Of a DNA stretch of 64,000 nt, positions 62,690 through 64,000 are shown piece by piece. The position numbers and the translations under genes are program-made. The notes below the pieces were generated by a model. It was not told the DNA's origin. It saw only the letters and a program-made list of their open reading frames with translations, and did no database searches. The stretch comes from Callorhinchus milii. Its lineage: Eukaryota. How positions within the stretch are numbered: position 1 is the first letter of the stretch; every line of letters begins with the position of its first letter. The stretch covers positions 33,792,001 through 33,856,000 of the forward strand of contig NW_024704742.1 of NCBI RefSeq assembly GCF_018977255.1, written 5' to 3'.

Positions 62690-62880
62690 TTGTTTGGGAC
62701 GCTCCCTCAAAGGCCAAATCTGGGCCAAGTACAGTAACACCAAAAGCACCTCAGACATTATCACCAGGTTTTTCCCGGTGATGGAAAGCGAGCGCTGGCG
62801 CCACATCCCCAGTTTCTTCCTCACTGTATCTAGATGCTCCTCCCAGCTTTTTTGGTACGCCCCTGCCACCCCGAACTAGA
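62690..62880 (-). mobile_element. L1/Tx1-clade LINE ORF2 fragment
   Basis: KKLGMWRQRSLSITGKNLVI...LLYLAQIWP matches the W..R.LS..GK..VI motif after the RT of L1/Tx1 elements. Confidence 0.75.
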
Positions 62881-63053
62881 TTCCGAGGACCTTGCATTCT
62901 GTTCTTCACTTCATGGCTGCAACCTTGCTAGATGCACTGGAGGATACAGGCTACAACCTCACATAGAATGTATTCACTACACTGGAAGATTGTACGACCT
63001 CCACTCTTCAGTTACAGAGTTACAGTTCAGTTACAGTGATATTAATAATCATG

Positions 63054-63263
63054 AATAATAAGCCCTCCAAAAACAAAACAATAATAAATTGGTCATTTTC
63101 AATCCAAGACTGTTTGTGGGATATTGCTGTGCGCAATTGGCTGCCACGTTTCGCCCACAAATATACGGACAATTCACTTTACAATCTATTCTGTGAAGCA
63201 CTTTGAGATGTCGAGAAGACATGAAAAGCACTATATCAAATGCAAGGATTATTGCTATTATTA
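63054..63263 (+). mobile_element. SINE 3' portion
   Basis: Body and tail of the same family without a head. Confidence 0.85.
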
Positions 63264-63860
63264 CAGAGAAAGTAAACCTAGAACAATATTTTCAAATATG
63301 CCAAGAAAACAGGATGAAAGGGCACAGGGTTAAGATTGTGAAGGGTAATGTATGAATTACCACCACCAGCAGATGGTGATTTCTTTAGAATTTTTAAATT
63401 TAAAATTTCTAAATTTCTTTAGAGAGAATGTGATCAACAACTGAAATAATTTACCAGGAAATGTGTTTGAGGGTAAAACGCTGCACTTATTTTAACAGAG
63501 ACACTAGAATCAATATGCTGGACGAATGAGATTAAACGCATTGAAGGGACTTTTTCATCTGATACATTTTAAAATAAGTTTAGAAAAAAAATTAACCTGG
63601 GACTTCAGCTGAACCACAAATACAGTCCAATGTGTATCTGTATTTACTGAAAAAGTACTTTACTTACTGCTCAGTTTATACTTGACTGTTGACAAAAGAT
63701 GACATCTGAACAGCTGCCTAGAACAACTGAACATTTACCATTAATGAAGTTAATGCCAGTTCACAGTAGCAAATCCACACCACAAACTCCGGAGTTGACC
63801 AGCAAGGAGTATACGTGGTAAAAATGGATTGCTCTAATTTTTTTTTTAAGTTGGCTTATT

Positions 63861-63880
63861 ACACACACACACACACACAC
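63861..63880. repeat. (AC)n microsatellite
   Basis: Ten AC units. Confidence 0.9.
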
Positions 63881-64000
63881 AGAGCCTTCCAGTATACAGA
63901 TAATTGCATAGAATTGTCACTGCGATGATCCAGTTAAAACTTTTAACCTCTTGCAACATCTTCAGAGTTCAACAAATGACATGACCTTTACCATACACTC

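Noticed and set aside
62375..62879. Recurrent ORFs (ALALQ.RDLSS..., GKFPYST...) seen at several loci
   Set aside because: These are translations of SINE copies, not a gene family.
58020..64000. AP1AR exon 1 (MGNCC...)
   Set aside because: No matching start or CpG island seen; probably right of the window.

Overview
Repeat-rich vertebrate genomic DNA, most likely a cartilaginous fish (chimaera/shark-type SINE, L2 and CR1 content; inferred). It carries the ALPK1-TIFA-AP1AR block. ALPK1 is on the - strand, with its first coding exon at 5828-5936; I found no further coding exon in 1-5800, so it presumably continues left of the window. TIFA is complete on the + strand (single coding exon, 20794-21384). 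AP1AR/gadkin is on the - strand as 9 in-phase coding exons (58019 down to 35288), with exon 1 presumably right of the window. ALPK1 (ADP-heptose sensor kinase) and its substrate TIFA are head-to-head across a CpG-rich region (about 16050-17980). That region holds kappaB decamers, a 33-bp tandem array whose units pair a palindromic CRE with a kappaB-like motif, a 560-bp C-rich G4-prone tract and a symmetric TATA element. This candidate VNTR-tuned bidirectional promoter is the most interesting feature. Other notable items are a perfect 71-bp inverted repeat 1.5 kb apart in an AP1AR intron, Tigger/pogo elements, nested insertions and modular SINE families sharing an L2-like tail. Gene identities come from recalled similarity to human proteins, not from a database search. 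Repeat boundaries are approximate.
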